From contig MQRK01245452.1 of NCBI GenBank assembly GCA_001938485.1, positions 1 to 64,000 on the forward strand: a stretch of DNA of 64,000 bases, given 5' to 3'. The notes under the pieces were generated by a model that worked only from the letters and a program-made list of their open reading frames with translations, had not been told where the DNA came from and searched no databases. Every line of letters begins with the position of its first letter. The stretch's first letter is position 1. Positions 45,871 through 59,631 of this stretch are shown piece after piece. The translations under genes and the position numbers were made by a program. The DNA comes from Girardia tigrina. Taxonomy: Eukaryota.

Positions 45871-47512
45871 AAAAGAAAGTCAAAGTCTTTGTTCAAATGG
45901 CTGCTGCACATTAAATAATTAATTGCATACTTATTAACTATAATAATCTAATTATTAAAATTTCTATATTGAGAAAATCAAGTTAGTCCCCGCAGCAACA
46001 TCAGTACATTATCATTTTTATTAACTTTATTGCCATAACCCTTATAGATTTAAAGAAGAATCAGTAATCTACTTTGTTCGATATTTGTTTTCTAAAAAAA
46101 ATTTGTGATGACTTTTGCTTTTCGATTCCTTGCATATTCAATTTTAGCTTCGTTATGAAAATATTTGATTATTAGTGACCAAGGGGTAAATGTTATTTTA
46201 TACAGACTACTACGGTTTCATTGCAGGTTAGAAATAATTTATTGATTTTATCCTTTACATGTATTAAGTACGTCATTTGTAGCACAGACATTTTCTTCAA
46301 ACATTAAGAATTAAAATCAAGAAATAACACAAAATATTATTACCTATCAATAATAAGGTTTTTTTAACAGAATTAGGAGATTTTTTAATTTCACTTCATA
46401 ACACACGGTTGCCATGAGTTCGAAAAATAGATTATCGACAATATTCAATAAATAATAATTTCAAATCGTTTATTTTTCCATAACATAACAACTCAATCCA
46501 ATTGATTATTTAAACAAAATCTTAATCAATTCTTTTATAAACTAATAATTTTTCACTCAATTTAATCATTTTTTCTTTTTTTTCAATTTAAAATCAAATA
46601 ATTTTCTTTTTCAAATCAAACAAATTTTTACAGTTGGTTTTTTTTTCAATTTTTTAACACATAATTTTTAAGTCATAATTTTTTGTTAATCACAAACGGA
46701 GTTCACTATTGAATTACATAAATATAAAAACAAAATATAAATTTAAAATAAAAGATAATTTTAGATATCAAATCAAAAAAAAAGATTTTCAGATAAAAAT
46801 TTCTTTTCTGTCCTCAAATCACTTTAGAGTTTGAGTAAAATGTCACAGATTGATTATGAGATGGCGACAAAAGAGAGACGATATAAATAATGATCAAGAT
46901 AAATATAATATCAATAATATTTAAATCCCGAACAATGATATTTATGTTAAAGAAGCTGGACAAAGCAACTACTTTTTTTATTTGCTAAACCTCCTCAACA
47001 TATAATTATATTAGTAAAATGAATGATTCAGTTAAATTTTATCGATTTTTTATCATCAACCAATATAATTAGTTAATAACAACTAAGAAAAATAAACAAC
47101 ATTGGATGAATAAATTCAAGGATGACAATTAAATAATTTATAGAATTAACAACTATTTATTTCCCAGATCAAAATCAGTCCAAAATTTTGTACAGATTTG
47201 ATTTAGTTTCTGATGAATGAATGTGGAATATAATTTTTGGTAAATTACAATTGAAAAAAATCCCAGTACGCATCATTTTGGATTTTTTCTACTGAATTGA
47301 AATTGCTTTTTTCTGAATCTTGTAGGTAATTCGGATATTGTTAATTTGAGTTGGGTATAATTCCAAATGCATTAATTTGATAACTTCGATAAGCAATAAA
47401 TTGTTGTTTGGTTTCTTTTTACGGTAAGTAATTACTGTAAATTTCTTTTTTAAATCTTTATCTTATTCTTTTATTTAATTAATTAATTAATTAAATTATT
47501 TTCGCTGAACTT

Positions 47513-47615
47513 ATGTCAAGCTGCTCTTGATCATCTAGCCGTAGCTAATGTTCAGAATCCAGATTTTCGTCTCAACCTTAATCCATTTACTTCTTGATAT
47601 AAAATAAACATTTTC
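47513..47615. repeat. Dispersed repeat of about 100 bp, second copy at 53691-53792
   Basis: Shared GTCAAG...CTCTTG...ATGTTCAGAATCCAGAT.TTCGTCTC...TTAATCCATTTA...CATTTTCT. Confidence 0.8.
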
Positions 47616-47796
47616 TGCTGGTTGAGCGCGGGGCCTTTGACCACCAGCTAGATGTCGCTGCTATCCAGCTGGATCTCGTCCATGACGCCAGTCAAGCTCA
47701 CTTGCACTCCCTCCCGCATGCGTACGTGTCGGTCCAGCTGCTCTATAGGAAATTGCTGATGGTGAGCGAGTCGCCCTGCTCGTTGATGACCAGATT
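47615..47796 (-). pseudogene. RPL9: 60S ribosomal protein L9 (uL6) fragment
   Basis: NLVINEQGDSLTISNFL(frameshift)EQLDRHVRMREGVQVSLTGVMDEIQLDSSDI*LVVKGPALNQQ aligns with RPL9 [31 protein letters not shown]...[23 protein letters not shown]. Confidence 0.8.
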
Positions 47797-48627
47797 AAAT
47801 TTTTGTCGTAAATATAAAATCCTAAGAGGTAAATAAAATTTTTATTAAAAGATCTACTTTACATTCTTTAGTATCATGCTTTATATTCATTCTCAATTTT
47901 TCTGTTTGTCTTTTGGTGAATGTCATTTAGTTCTCATTTTTCCTTTTCATTATTGAATAGAGCTGAAATTTCGCAAATTTATTCATTTCTGATTACATTT
48001 TAATATTTTATCAAAATGTTCCCAAATTAATAAGATAATTAATCAAAAATCTTTTTAAAACATAAAGAGGAATAAAATCGATAATCAGCAAGAAAACTTA
48101 AGCCAAAATGATAATAAGTCAATGTTTAATAATTGTACTTTTCTGATATTGTGAGACATGGTACTGTACACCTGATTTTTTTTTATTTATCCTTATTTAT
48201 CACTGAAAATTATACTTTAATACATTGCTTTATTACAACTTTGGTGAAATGGTGGGCCACATCAAAAAAATAATCAGCAGGCCACGTACCGAAAATTGGT
48301 GTTTATAATTATTTTTAAGGTCATTTCGAATAATCTTTTTAAACGATTGTTGGTTTACTATTTTTCATGATGTATGATATCGTACTACGTTTTCCTGATT
48401 TAATTTTCCCAGAATTCGAAATTTCTTTAAAATTTTCTTCCTCGTTATCTCGTTGTGTTTAATTGTATCAATAGCAATTTATATATATTTAGCCGAATGA
48501 AACATTGTTTTGACTTGAAAATATTTTAAATCATAAAAAAATAAAACTTTAATATCGTTTATTGCACTATTTTTTCATCATTTAATAATAATTCAAAACT
48601 AAAAAAAATAACTAACCAAATTACATA

Positions 48628-48799
48628 CCGTACTTTACGGTGCATAACGCGCACCTACATTTAAAAAAAATTAAAAACAGGTTTTTGGTATTATTGCAAA
48701 TTTACATTTTACAATTAAAATTGCAAGTGTATAATGCGCATTTCAGTTTTAGCTTAACAAGTTTGGAAAAAAACTGTGATTTATACACTGTAAAATACG
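48628..48799. mobile_element. pogo-like MITE
   Basis: TA-CCGTACTTTACGGTGCATAA ... TTATACACTGTAAAATACGA-TA. A related solo end lies at 13028-13058. Confidence 0.65.
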
Positions 48800-50382
48800 A
48801 TACTTAACTTTGTGATGACACCTGTATTTATATTAAAGTCCTTACATCTAATTATTTACATACGACTTCTTTTAAAACTAAATTTATTAAGTAACAATAA
48901 ACAGTTAATGTTTTAAGATGTATTTTAAGGCTATTAAGAACCACGATGTCATGTCATATGCAACTAGTGAAACCATATAATCTAAACAAAATATTTAACA
49001 AAAATATTTCAGTCTTTCTTTTTATATCCACTTCATCATGAGTATTTTAAGAGAATTAAAGAAGAAGAAAAGATGTACAGTCAGATGCAATCTTAACTGA
49101 TGGACAGGTTATGAAAGTTTAATTTATACACTAATGCTGGTGAAGTATTAGAAAAAAGGAAATAAATTTTAAGAAGTATACCAAAAAATTATATAATTAT
49201 ATATCAATAATTATAATGCGATATGTGATTATATTTTTGTTTGAATTATTGATCTTAATGGATATCAATTTTTTAATCAAATTGTACCTGCTGTAGTGAT
49301 TTCTTAAAATCCCAGATACAAAAATTTTTTTCTCAAAAAAAATAAAAGAATAAAGTTTTATGTCATTGATTAGAAAGAGAATAAACATTCATGACACGGT
49401 TTTGAAAATATAAAAAAAACACAAAAACAAAAACAATTATAAATCAAACAATGAATTTCTTTTAATTGATTAGCAAAAAAAATGTCATTGTGTAACATTG
49501 AATGCGTTTGACTGATAAAGATGTTGAATCACAAAGCGACCGTTGTAAATATTTATTATGAATACAATACGTTTTGTGTTCCTCGTTATTTTTTAATCTT
49601 CATAGAATTTGAGTCACGTTCCCATACTTTTCTTCTATCAGTTATTTTAACTTCGTTCTGTGAAATGAACGAGGAGCAAGACATATTTTGAGAGTCAGTC
49701 ATGATTGGACAATTTAACAACGAATATTATTGAATCATCAAATCTTTTTAACAATTCTAGTGAACCGTCTCAGTTCACTGATTATTGCTAATAACTTTGA
49801 TAGTTTGACTTTGAATTTTTTTTTAAATAACAATCAGTTCTTGAATTCAAATCTTTATTTTTGAAACAGTGAATTACTCACACCATTTACAAATCAACCA
49901 AACACACACACACACGCATAACTTTCTCACCCGCTCGTCATTGGGCAAACATATACACACACATTCACATTTGTATTTTTTCATTTTCTCTCTAATTGGT
50001 GAACAACACACACACTGTCTGTACACACACTTCAAAATATGTGATTGATCAATTTAAAATGAAAACAAAAATTCCACTCACAAATTATAAACAAATGAAC
50101 CTTTGATTAAATAGATAAAATTTGAAAAACACAAATTTCAAATATAAAACCAAAACACCGAAAATGTTAAATCAATTAATTGTTCTATTTGATTTGAATT
50201 CGAGAATTAACAATTTGAACTTTCTCCAGGTGACGATAATAAATTTGTGAAAGAGTGCGAATCGTACTTATTGAAATCCGAGAATTTTTTTGATATAATA
50301 TTGTCGAAATTAAGTTTTGGATGACAGTGGCAAAAATTTAAATTAATTTCGATCATCACTAAACCATATGAACGTGATGATC

Positions 50383-50436
<54 letters not shown>

Positions 50437-51204
50437 GAAAAAACCTTATATTACTTTGGAACTGTTATTCCTTTGTACGATTCCAAAATTAAAAATATTT
50501 TATTGACATTTTTCTCCCTGCATCTCACTAACTTCGCCTAATCTTATTTTTATCTGAATTTATTATAATATATTTAAGTGATTGTTTTAAATATGTAAGT
50601 GATTTGGTCAATTGTCCTATTAGAATTCAAAAGATCACTTTACTTTTTAATATAATTAGTTAGTGAAAATAAAATAAAAGGTAAATAACAATGTACTTTA
50701 AAAAACTTAGCAAATAAAAATAAATAATTAATTTATTAAGAGAAGATACAGTCTACTCCGGCTAATCCGAACACGGAAAAACTTTTAGTTGAAAGTGAAA
50801 AATCACAATAAGAGATGAGATAGTGAAAAGGTTATGTTAATATAACGATCTTCTTACGTTAACTTTTCGGATGTAATTGTAATGATTAACGGACAACGAT
50901 AAGATCGACGAATTGTGAGAGAATCAACCAAAAAATAAATATTTTGAGGATCTTTCAAGTTGGATCGGACAAGATAGTGGATGTTATGATTGGTCTTATA
51001 ATAGGATATTTTCTTTGACGGAATTGAGGTATGTTCTGTAATCACTCGATAAATTAGAATGAGTGGAGTTGGTTTAACACGAAGACGTCAAATGATTAGG
51101 TCATCGTGTGGGACGAGATAAATGAAATGCTGCGCGAGAAATAATTTTTTATTTAATTTTTAAAGTAAAAAATAAATAATTTTATATTATATATAATTAA
51201 ATAT

Positions 51205-51245
<41 letters not shown>

Positions 51246-51249
51246 TTAA

Positions 51250-54200
51250 ATATCAATAAATGATAAGTTTAAGTAAGTAACTATACAAGTCCTCCTATTG
51301 CAAGGGGAGCGTAATATTATTAGAAAAAAATAAAATGGATGAAACCTTATTTCTCTGTGTAGGTAATTTTTGTCATAAACGTCAATTTTAGTTATTGTGT
51401 TAATTTTTAAGTTTTGCTTCTTAATTGTTTCCTCGCTTTCTGAATTCATATTAATATTTGTTTTCTTTCAGCTGTTATATCACTCGAGTTTTGAATATTT
51501 TTTATGACGTCGGATTACGTTGATTCATTATTTTAATCGTTGTGTTAGTAAACATTTCTCGTAGTGTGGGGTTTAGCTGCATGTTTTCTGTCTCTTCTGT
51601 TTTTGAATCACTATCTTTAATGTTTCTAGTTAATACTAGTTCTGTTTGTACATACTTGTCGGAAGTTTTCATTTATGGGCGATTCTTTATTTTTGTGTTT
51701 CTTTATCAACTAGTTTGAACGCCTTCTTGTTTTTGTTTTCAGAATAGATATCATTTTATTTTATTTGTTTGGATTTGGATATTCTCTAAGGTTATGTATA
51801 GTTGGGCTACTTTTAAATTTTGAATTATAAAAAGTATGTATTTTCGGATTATATATATTAACTTTTTCAGATTTTAATGAATATGGTTTTTAACATTTAA
51901 AGGCCTTTTTACGTCGATTTGTACCAAAATATTTTCTTTTCCAAGTTGACTTTTTGTGTTTTGATCTTGGTTTGCGGTTGCTTTTTCTTGGAGGAATTTA
52001 AATTTTGTTTTGTATTCATTTTTCCTAATTTCAACAATTTAGTTTAAGGCCTTCATTTTCATTTTCGATGGTTTCTATTCTTCTTAATAGATATTTTACT
52101 AAGTGTGTATTTAAGTTGCTTATTATGTTTTTGATATTTATTTCATCGTACAGCATACTTTCTTCAAATTAGTGGCACGTTATTTTAGAATAATTGATGT
52201 TAATGGTTAAATGAACTATGTTTTGATATTTTATTTCTTTGTGTATTAAAGATAAGATTTGTATTTATAAAATTCAATCGTTTGCGGAAAGATAAAAAGC
52301 TTTTGTATGTAGGCATTTTATATGAATTAGTTCTGGGATTAAGTGAGGGTAGTTGGTTTTTTGCGTTTCAATCTTTGTAAATATCATGCATGACATATTA
52401 TACGTAAGAACTCTTATGTACATGCACAACATTACTCTATCAACAACACATTACATTAAAACCTTAATCAGAACTAAAAAGCAAACATTAAAAAGATAAT
52501 TAATAGTTAAAAACGTATATTTAATTCTAAAAATGTGTTTAAGTCTGAATGGAACAAAACAGTTTATTCTATCCTCTCAGTTTCTTGTGATTTATTAACA
52601 ATTTAACAAATTAAAAATTTTAGATTAATTCAATCTAACGGTAATTTAGAATTTTAATATAATTTTGTCTCATACTCTGGCTGATTTAATAAACTCATTT
52701 GTAGTGTCGTGTAATTCAAGGACTTGATTGCTGGCATGTGTTTGTTACATACGTATGAGAAATACTGCATTTAATAGTAGTCATATTAAGAAAATATCTT
52801 GCTGGACAATCCAACTTCAGTCAATAGTGAAGTATGACACGGTTTCATCTTTTTATGAATTCCAATTTTGTTACGTTTATTACACGAGTTAATTCTCTTT
52901 CTTGTACACCTAAATACCGAAAATATATAATTGGAATCCAATTATACACACTTGCAACTGTTCCTATTTATAAGTGTTCTTTGTGAATATTGAAAGTCTC
53001 TTCTCATCAATGTATTGTCTAACTCAAAGGTGAACGTGAATAAAAATTACCGTGATTGTAAATCAGTTCGTAGCAGAATTCCTGTTGCTATTTGTCCTTT
53101 GGTGGGGTGCACATTGCGGATGATTATTTCCAAGAAAATCGATAATTAGAATAATGGGAGTGTGTCTGATAATTAACAGGTTAGAAACTCTATGGTTAGA
53201 GAGAGTGCCTTGTTGGGTTGGTTAGACATAGTTATCCTGCTTCCATTGATTTCTATTAATCACTCCCAAGCGTTTACTCTTATATTAATGCTTGCTTGAT
53301 TTGAAAATTTAGTAATTTAAATTTAATAATGATAATTCCGTTATCTTTTATCTTGATTTGTTCGAATGAAAGTTATTGTGATAATTATTTGGATGTGTAA
53401 CTTAAAAGCGTTAATCGATTATCCTCCGGGTTCGGATTCATCCCTGATAACTCATCCTATTACCAACAATAAACTATTTTAATCAACTAAGAATTTTATT
53501 TGTTTCTATTTATTGTTTTATTATTTTCTTTTTATCTTAAATTCCAGTGATTTAAATTTTAGATTCTGTTTAATATATCGTTTGCCTCTAATTATTATTA
53601 TCTTATTAATGTCTCAAAGTTTAGTGAATTAAAATTTTGTATTTTACTTTCGTTTCACATTTACCCTGCTTGTTCAATGTAATTATTTTCGTCAAGTTAC
53701 TCTTGGTCATATAGGTGTATCTGATGTTCAGAATCCAGATGTTCGTCTCGACTTTAATCCATTTATTTATTGATAAAAAAATAATCATTTTCTAGAAAAG
53801 TTCACCAAATTGAGTTCGCTTAAATATAACGTTAAGAATTCAAAAATGTTTTGTTATCATAAATAATCATTAGTTTATCAGACTCGGGGATAATTCAAAC
53901 CCGAATCAAGTCAAGTCTTTTGAGTGTACCTCACGTGATACTCTGTAGTGGTGAAAGTAGTCCGTATCAGAATAGTAGGTAAAGGGCGATCTGGTATTAA
54001 TAGCAATTTGTTACTCAACGGTCGAAATGTCAATAATAAATTTACACAATCTTTCTAATTCTAATTTAGTTTTCATAAGTTCCATGTAAATAATGTATAT
54101 AATAATATTATTTGATTGGATAAGCCGTACCGTACGGTCGTTGTGTTTCTTGCTATGTCATCCTCGGTGCAAGTTAGTAACCTAGAAGACGCTCAAAGCC

Positions 54201-55520
54201 TGGTACTGTTCACAGAGAGATGTACCTTTGCAATAACTATCTCAGATTACCTAGATTACCTAACCCTACCGCGCGATAACATTCATTGTTCGATCCTAAA
54301 TTAAGGAAGATATTCATGCAGTATTTATGTACTTCGACCTGTATAGTCCCGGTATCGACTTCCGATGCGGAAGGAGTCTTGATTGTTGGTTCCCGGTTGA
54401 ACCGTTATTCATTATTATTAGAGTTTAAAATGCGCTCGAATAGAGTGAAGTCATTGAACACCGTATATTTGTTTATAATTTAAATCAGATTATATCAATT
54501 TGTAAATCACTTAAAATCAGTTAATCATAATTTGGTCGTCGTTTTTTAAAATCGTTTAATAATAATTTCTGCCATTTTTATCATTTAATTCATTAAAAAA
54601 TGGTCTTTCTTTACTGATTTTTTTATCACAATTTTTGATAGTGTTCGATCTTTTATTTAGCGATTCAGTTTTAGGTTTTTTCTTAGGCATTTGAGTTTTG
54701 ATTTTCTTTTTATCGATTGTGTTTTTGATTTTTGTGGTTGTTTCGGATTTATTTGTTGTTTCGCTGACAGAATGCAAGACCGACATTAATTGTCTTCTAA
54801 GAGGAGACCTTTTTCGGGTTTCCTAAACTCTTTCTGCTATTAGTTGTGTTTACAGATTTTTCAGATCTTGAAATTTCATATCTATATACGAAATTTTGAC
54901 CAATTGGTTTCTTTTGAAAACAGATTTAATTATATATATATATATATATATTATTGTATAATTTTTGATAAAAATGTATTTCCCTATTTATTCGTTTGAA
55001 AATTACCCGAGTCTTGTATATCGAAAATATTTCAACTCACTGTTGGCACAGATATATATATGTGTATCGAAAATATTTCAACTCACTGTTGACACAGATG
55101 CCATTCATGAAAACACTATCCATATGTCTCTGCCAGATCAATTCTAAATTTATTGTCAAGAGATCTGTTGCCTTGACAATCGTGTCATGTCAGTTTACAA
55201 TCAAAATTTTACTGATATTGGAATTGATAATGAAGACCTTAAATTCGTCTTCTCAGTACTAAGGATCCAAGTAGAAACTAGTTTACTTGGTCATAATAAT
55301 TTCTTGAATTCCAAAATAATGCTGATTTTCACTGAAATCAGATATTTCGTTACTATATCATTAACTTCTGTACATTTTAAAAATAAGTTATCTTTCTCAA
55401 TTGACTGAAATCGAAAATAATTTGACAAACTGTGACACTGGCGAATATATTCGTCTTTTTCTTTGATTATTAATTCCATCGAGTTCTCACTCTCCCTTAA
55501 ACTTCTAAGTTTCTGTCTGA
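51250..55520 (-). mobile_element. Highly decayed, strand-biased LINE-like remnants
   Basis: A-rich minus strand with broken ORFs, and FRYLGV (RT YLG motif) near 52905-52925. The family is unresolved. Confidence 0.35.
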
Positions 55521-55657
55521 TTATTGGGGATGCACTCCTATGGGATCGAGTGTCCCTAAATCGCTTTATAACAAAAAAGTTGTTTATTTAAAAGTACATA
55601 TTTATTATTTAATAGTTTATTAATTATTTTGTGATCATTTTTATTAGAGTACTTATA

Positions 55658-56852
55658 TTAGGGTTATGCATAAGTTCTCGACGTTTTTATTAGATATTCA
55701 TAGACGAGTTACAATATAATGATAAATATTTAATTATCAAAATACTCCCCATTTGAATCTATTACCTTTTGCCATTTTTCTGGCAAAAGATGAATACCTC
55801 TAGTATAAAACCCTTCATCCTTGGAATCGAGGAAATCGTCTATGCAATTTCTGACCTCATCGCTATTTTTGAAGTGTCTGCCAGCCAGGGTATGTTGTAA
55901 TGATCGGAAAAGGTATTAATCCGATGGTGCAAGGTCTGGTGAGTAAGCTGCGTGAGGGAGACCTTGCCAGCCCAACTGCAATATTGCTTCTTTCATTGCT
56001 GAAGCAACATGATGTCTTGCATTATCGTGGAGCAGTATGATTTGCTTACTACCCTGGCAGGTTAATGGTCTTTTTGCCTCGATTTCTTGTACTAAGCGCA
56101 ATAGTTGGTCACTATATCGTTGTGCAGTGACTGTTTGACCAGGTCTCAATAGTTCATAATAGAGAGGTCCCAAAAAATCCTACCAGATGCATAAAAGGAC
56201 TTTATGTCCATGAATATTGCGTTTCGGTGTTGATGTTGTTGTCTGACCTGGATCTACCCATGATTTTTTTGTGCTCTGGATTGTCGAAGTAAATCCACTT
56301 CTCATATCCGGTCACGATTCTCCATAGGAATGATTTCTTTTTGTGGCGGGCAACAAGCGATATGCATGTTGTTAAGTGCTGGTTTGTGTTGCGCTCGTAT
56401 AATTGATGTGGGACCTATTTTCCAACCTGGATCTTTCCCGTAGCTTTCAATCTTCTTACCACTGTTGATTGATTGCGTCTAAGCTTCTTGGTAAGAATTG
56501 TTGTTGATTGGGTGGCACCTTCGTTAAGAAGTGTCTGCAGGTCTTCATCGGTGTTTTCTTTTGGGCGACAACTTCTTGCTTTATCCTAGATATCTTTCTC
56601 ACCATTTCTGAACTTTATAAACCATTCGCGACACGTTGATGCACCAATAGTTCCTTCGTCATAAGCTTGGTCAATCCATTGTTTTGATTCGGTAGGGGAT
56701 TTACCTAAATCAAACATGAATAAAAGCAATGTCTGATGTGATTTTTATCTTCAGCCATTTTAGACGAATCAATTAAAATAAACGGTATTTTAATATAATT
56801 ATAATTTTAAGCACCATCTATATCAGCGTCGATAACTTATGCATAACCCTAA
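55658..56852 (-). mobile_element. Full-span defective mariner element
   Basis: TIRs TTAGGGTTATGCATAAGTT / AACTTATGCATAACCCTAA. Motifs [22 protein letters not shown] and [12 protein letters not shown]. Confidence 0.92.
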
Positions 56853-58082
56853 AAACTTTGGTGAATTTTATATTGCCTAATATTACACATTCAACCATCA
56901 TATTATAACTATATAAAATTATTTATTCTATTAAACGAAACTAATTATTTTTAATAGCTAAAGAAAGTAAACATTAGAGAGTAAATTGGTATTTTATATG
57001 ATGCCAGTTATGTTTTAGGATGTCCTTAATGTAATTCGATATGAACTCGACTAACTTCTGACACAATCTTGAAAACAACTATTCCATAATTGTTGATAGA
57101 AACATAAATTAAATTAATTTAATAAATTAAAAGTTTCTTTATAGTTACAAAAACATTTTTAATTTTCCTTTTCCAACTCTGCGCAGAATGGGAGAGTCAA
57201 AGTTTTGCGTAAAATTCGAGTTTTAAATGTTAATTCTAAAATTTCATGTAGCGGAATTCTAATGTCAAAAATTTCTATTACCTTAAAATGACACAACTAA
57301 TCTCGATTTCAAATGTATGATTCATATTTTTCTCCTCAAAAAAAGGGGAACGAGCAATAGATATTAATGGTAAATAATTGTCTTAATAAATATTCCATTA
57401 AAATCAAGAAAGGGATCGACTGAATAAGCTTTTGATAAAACTAATACACCATACAAAATACATTAACAATTCTTATTGATTTTTAAAGCCTATAAAATTA
57501 TTAAGAGATTGACAATAATGGTGAATTCATAAATCACTCTCAGCAGCAATGTTCAGCAAATTCAGTAAGTTTTTTCGAAATTCAAAAAGTAGTAATGTGC
57601 TTATAATGATATCGATCACTAGAGTTTCACAGTTAACTTGGCTTTACGATGAGTTCCTTTTTCCAAATTTGATGGTCATAATGTTTGATGTCGATAAAGA
57701 TGAATTCTTCCCTGCCATTTTCCAACCGTCTCCGATATACCCACCACCAACGCTACCGAGCTGCAACTTTGCAGCTACATCTACTCTATCACCAGATATA
57801 TTTAACAGATATACAAATTTATTATCAAAAAAGGCATAATATAATAATATATTTTCTTTCTGGAACAAAAATATCAGACAAATATAGTGACTGGAACGAA
57901 TATGGAGTTCTAGAAATTTTGATTAAACATTAATTGTGAAAGTCATTTGACGGTCTAATATTAAATCTGTGCAACTTTTTATAAAATGTGGAATGGACCA
58001 GAATCTCCTCCAAAGGGATATATGAGTAAAATCCTATTTAAAATGCTCATTTGTTAACTGACATTTTAAACTGAGAATGTTA

Positions 58083-58705
58083 TTAGGTTGATGTAAAAGA
58101 AATGTCGTTTTTTAACTGTCAACTTTAAATAAACATAACTTTCTTTAGAATTAACTTTATTAGTCAAAATAAAAACATTACATTGAAAACACTGTTGCCA
58201 ACGGGTAACAAGTTTTTTATTCCAGTTTCATAAAATTCTGGAGTTCTGGAGGCGATGAAATCTTTCAAGGCTCTCTCAGCATCTCCTTGGTTTCTGAAGC
58301 ATTTTTCTTGAAGGAACTGGCTAAAATGTTTGAAAAGGTGATAGTATGTAGGAGAAAAATCTGGTGAGTACGGTGGATGAGGCAAGGTTTCATATCCCAG
58401 TTCGTTGAATTTTAGCATGGTCTTTAGTGCAACATGTATACGAGCTTTGTCATGCAGAAGAATTGACCCATTTCTATTGAGTAATTCCGGCCGTTTTTTT
58501 GTAGTTCTTGTTGCATTTTGTCAATTTCTAATACGTTTCCGACAATACATTTCCGCTCTAATAGTTTCGCCTTGTTATAGGAAGCTGTAACGGATTAAAC
58601 CGTGTGCGGACCTTTGGAGCCTCATTGAAATCCAATCACTAAGCTGAACGTCGCCGGTTGTCGTATAGGATCCATTTTCATCGCACATTACAATTCGATC
58701 CTTCA
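58083..58705 (-). mobile_element. mariner 3' half with TIR
   Basis: TA-TTAGGTTGATGTAAAAGAAATGTCG terminus. Motifs RIVMCDE, LLHDKAR and HPPYSPDFSPTYYHLF. Confidence 0.88.
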
Positions 58706-58899
58706 TATAAACACATAGTGCGATGTCAACACAAATGTAAAGAAATTTCACAAAGATATAAAAACTCATTAGATGATTACCGGATCGTTTTCCACATCCA
58801 AAAATGACAGATATGTTTGGATTTTTATTTTAATCTTATAAATAAGTCCTGGTCTATATTCTCGACGCAGATAAAATAATTTTGTTTACCAAATATGAC

Positions 58900-59366
58900 A
58901 GGGTATTGATGTCAGCAATGTGGTGCAACTGCACACATTGTTAGAGCCACTATGCAAATTTTACCAGTAATGTTTCAAAATCGAATAATTTCTCGAAAAT
59001 TTGATTTTTATGGCTTCCACGATAACCTGATGTAACAGTACAAGACTTTATCCTTTGGGAATATTTTAAAGACAATGTGTACTAAATAAGCCTCGAATTA
59101 TCCAATAACTTAAAGCAAATATACTGGAGGAAATTTGCTCAATACAGCATCAGATGCTAAGAAATGTTATGTAGAATGCCTTACATAGAACTCGTTTTTG
59201 AGATGCTGAAAATAGAGGCCATCAACGTGACATCATTTTTTCATACATAATCAAAATAAAATTATAATTTGTCACATTTGTAAACAAAAAGAATTAATAA
59301 AGTACATTTATATACAAAAAAGATATTTTATTTTGAAATGGTAAAGCGACATGTGTGCCACCCTAT
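58900..59366 (+). mobile_element. DD41D (rosa-type) Tc1/mariner 3' fragment
   Basis: QQ[C]GATAH...NRIISR...WLPR*PDVTVQDFILWEYFKDNVY, with about 41 residues between the second and third catalytic positions. It ends ...GTGCCACCCTA. Confidence 0.8.
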
Positions 59367-59631
59367 GTTGATTTAAAATACCGTATTTATCGGAGTTTAA
59401 GATCGGCTTAATCATTTTATTAAAAAATTACTCCGGTAATTGTATCTCCCATTTAAGTTCGATATATATTGACATTTTATCTTAATACTCATTGTCAAAT
59501 GGATAAAACAGATTCAATTAATTTTTCTTAATATATGTCTTATGTACAAAAATATAGTAATTTTAAAATAATTTTTAATTTTATCATTTTTTATTGTAAT
59601 GATACTACAATTTCAATGGTACTATAGAAGA

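Noticed and set aside
55015-55099. 46-bp tandem duplication
   Set aside because: Ordinary local duplication within decayed repeat DNA.
55525-55558. GC-rich hairpin GGGATGCACTC...GAGTGTCCC
   Set aside because: Single and imperfect, with no supporting ncRNA or Helitron-end context.
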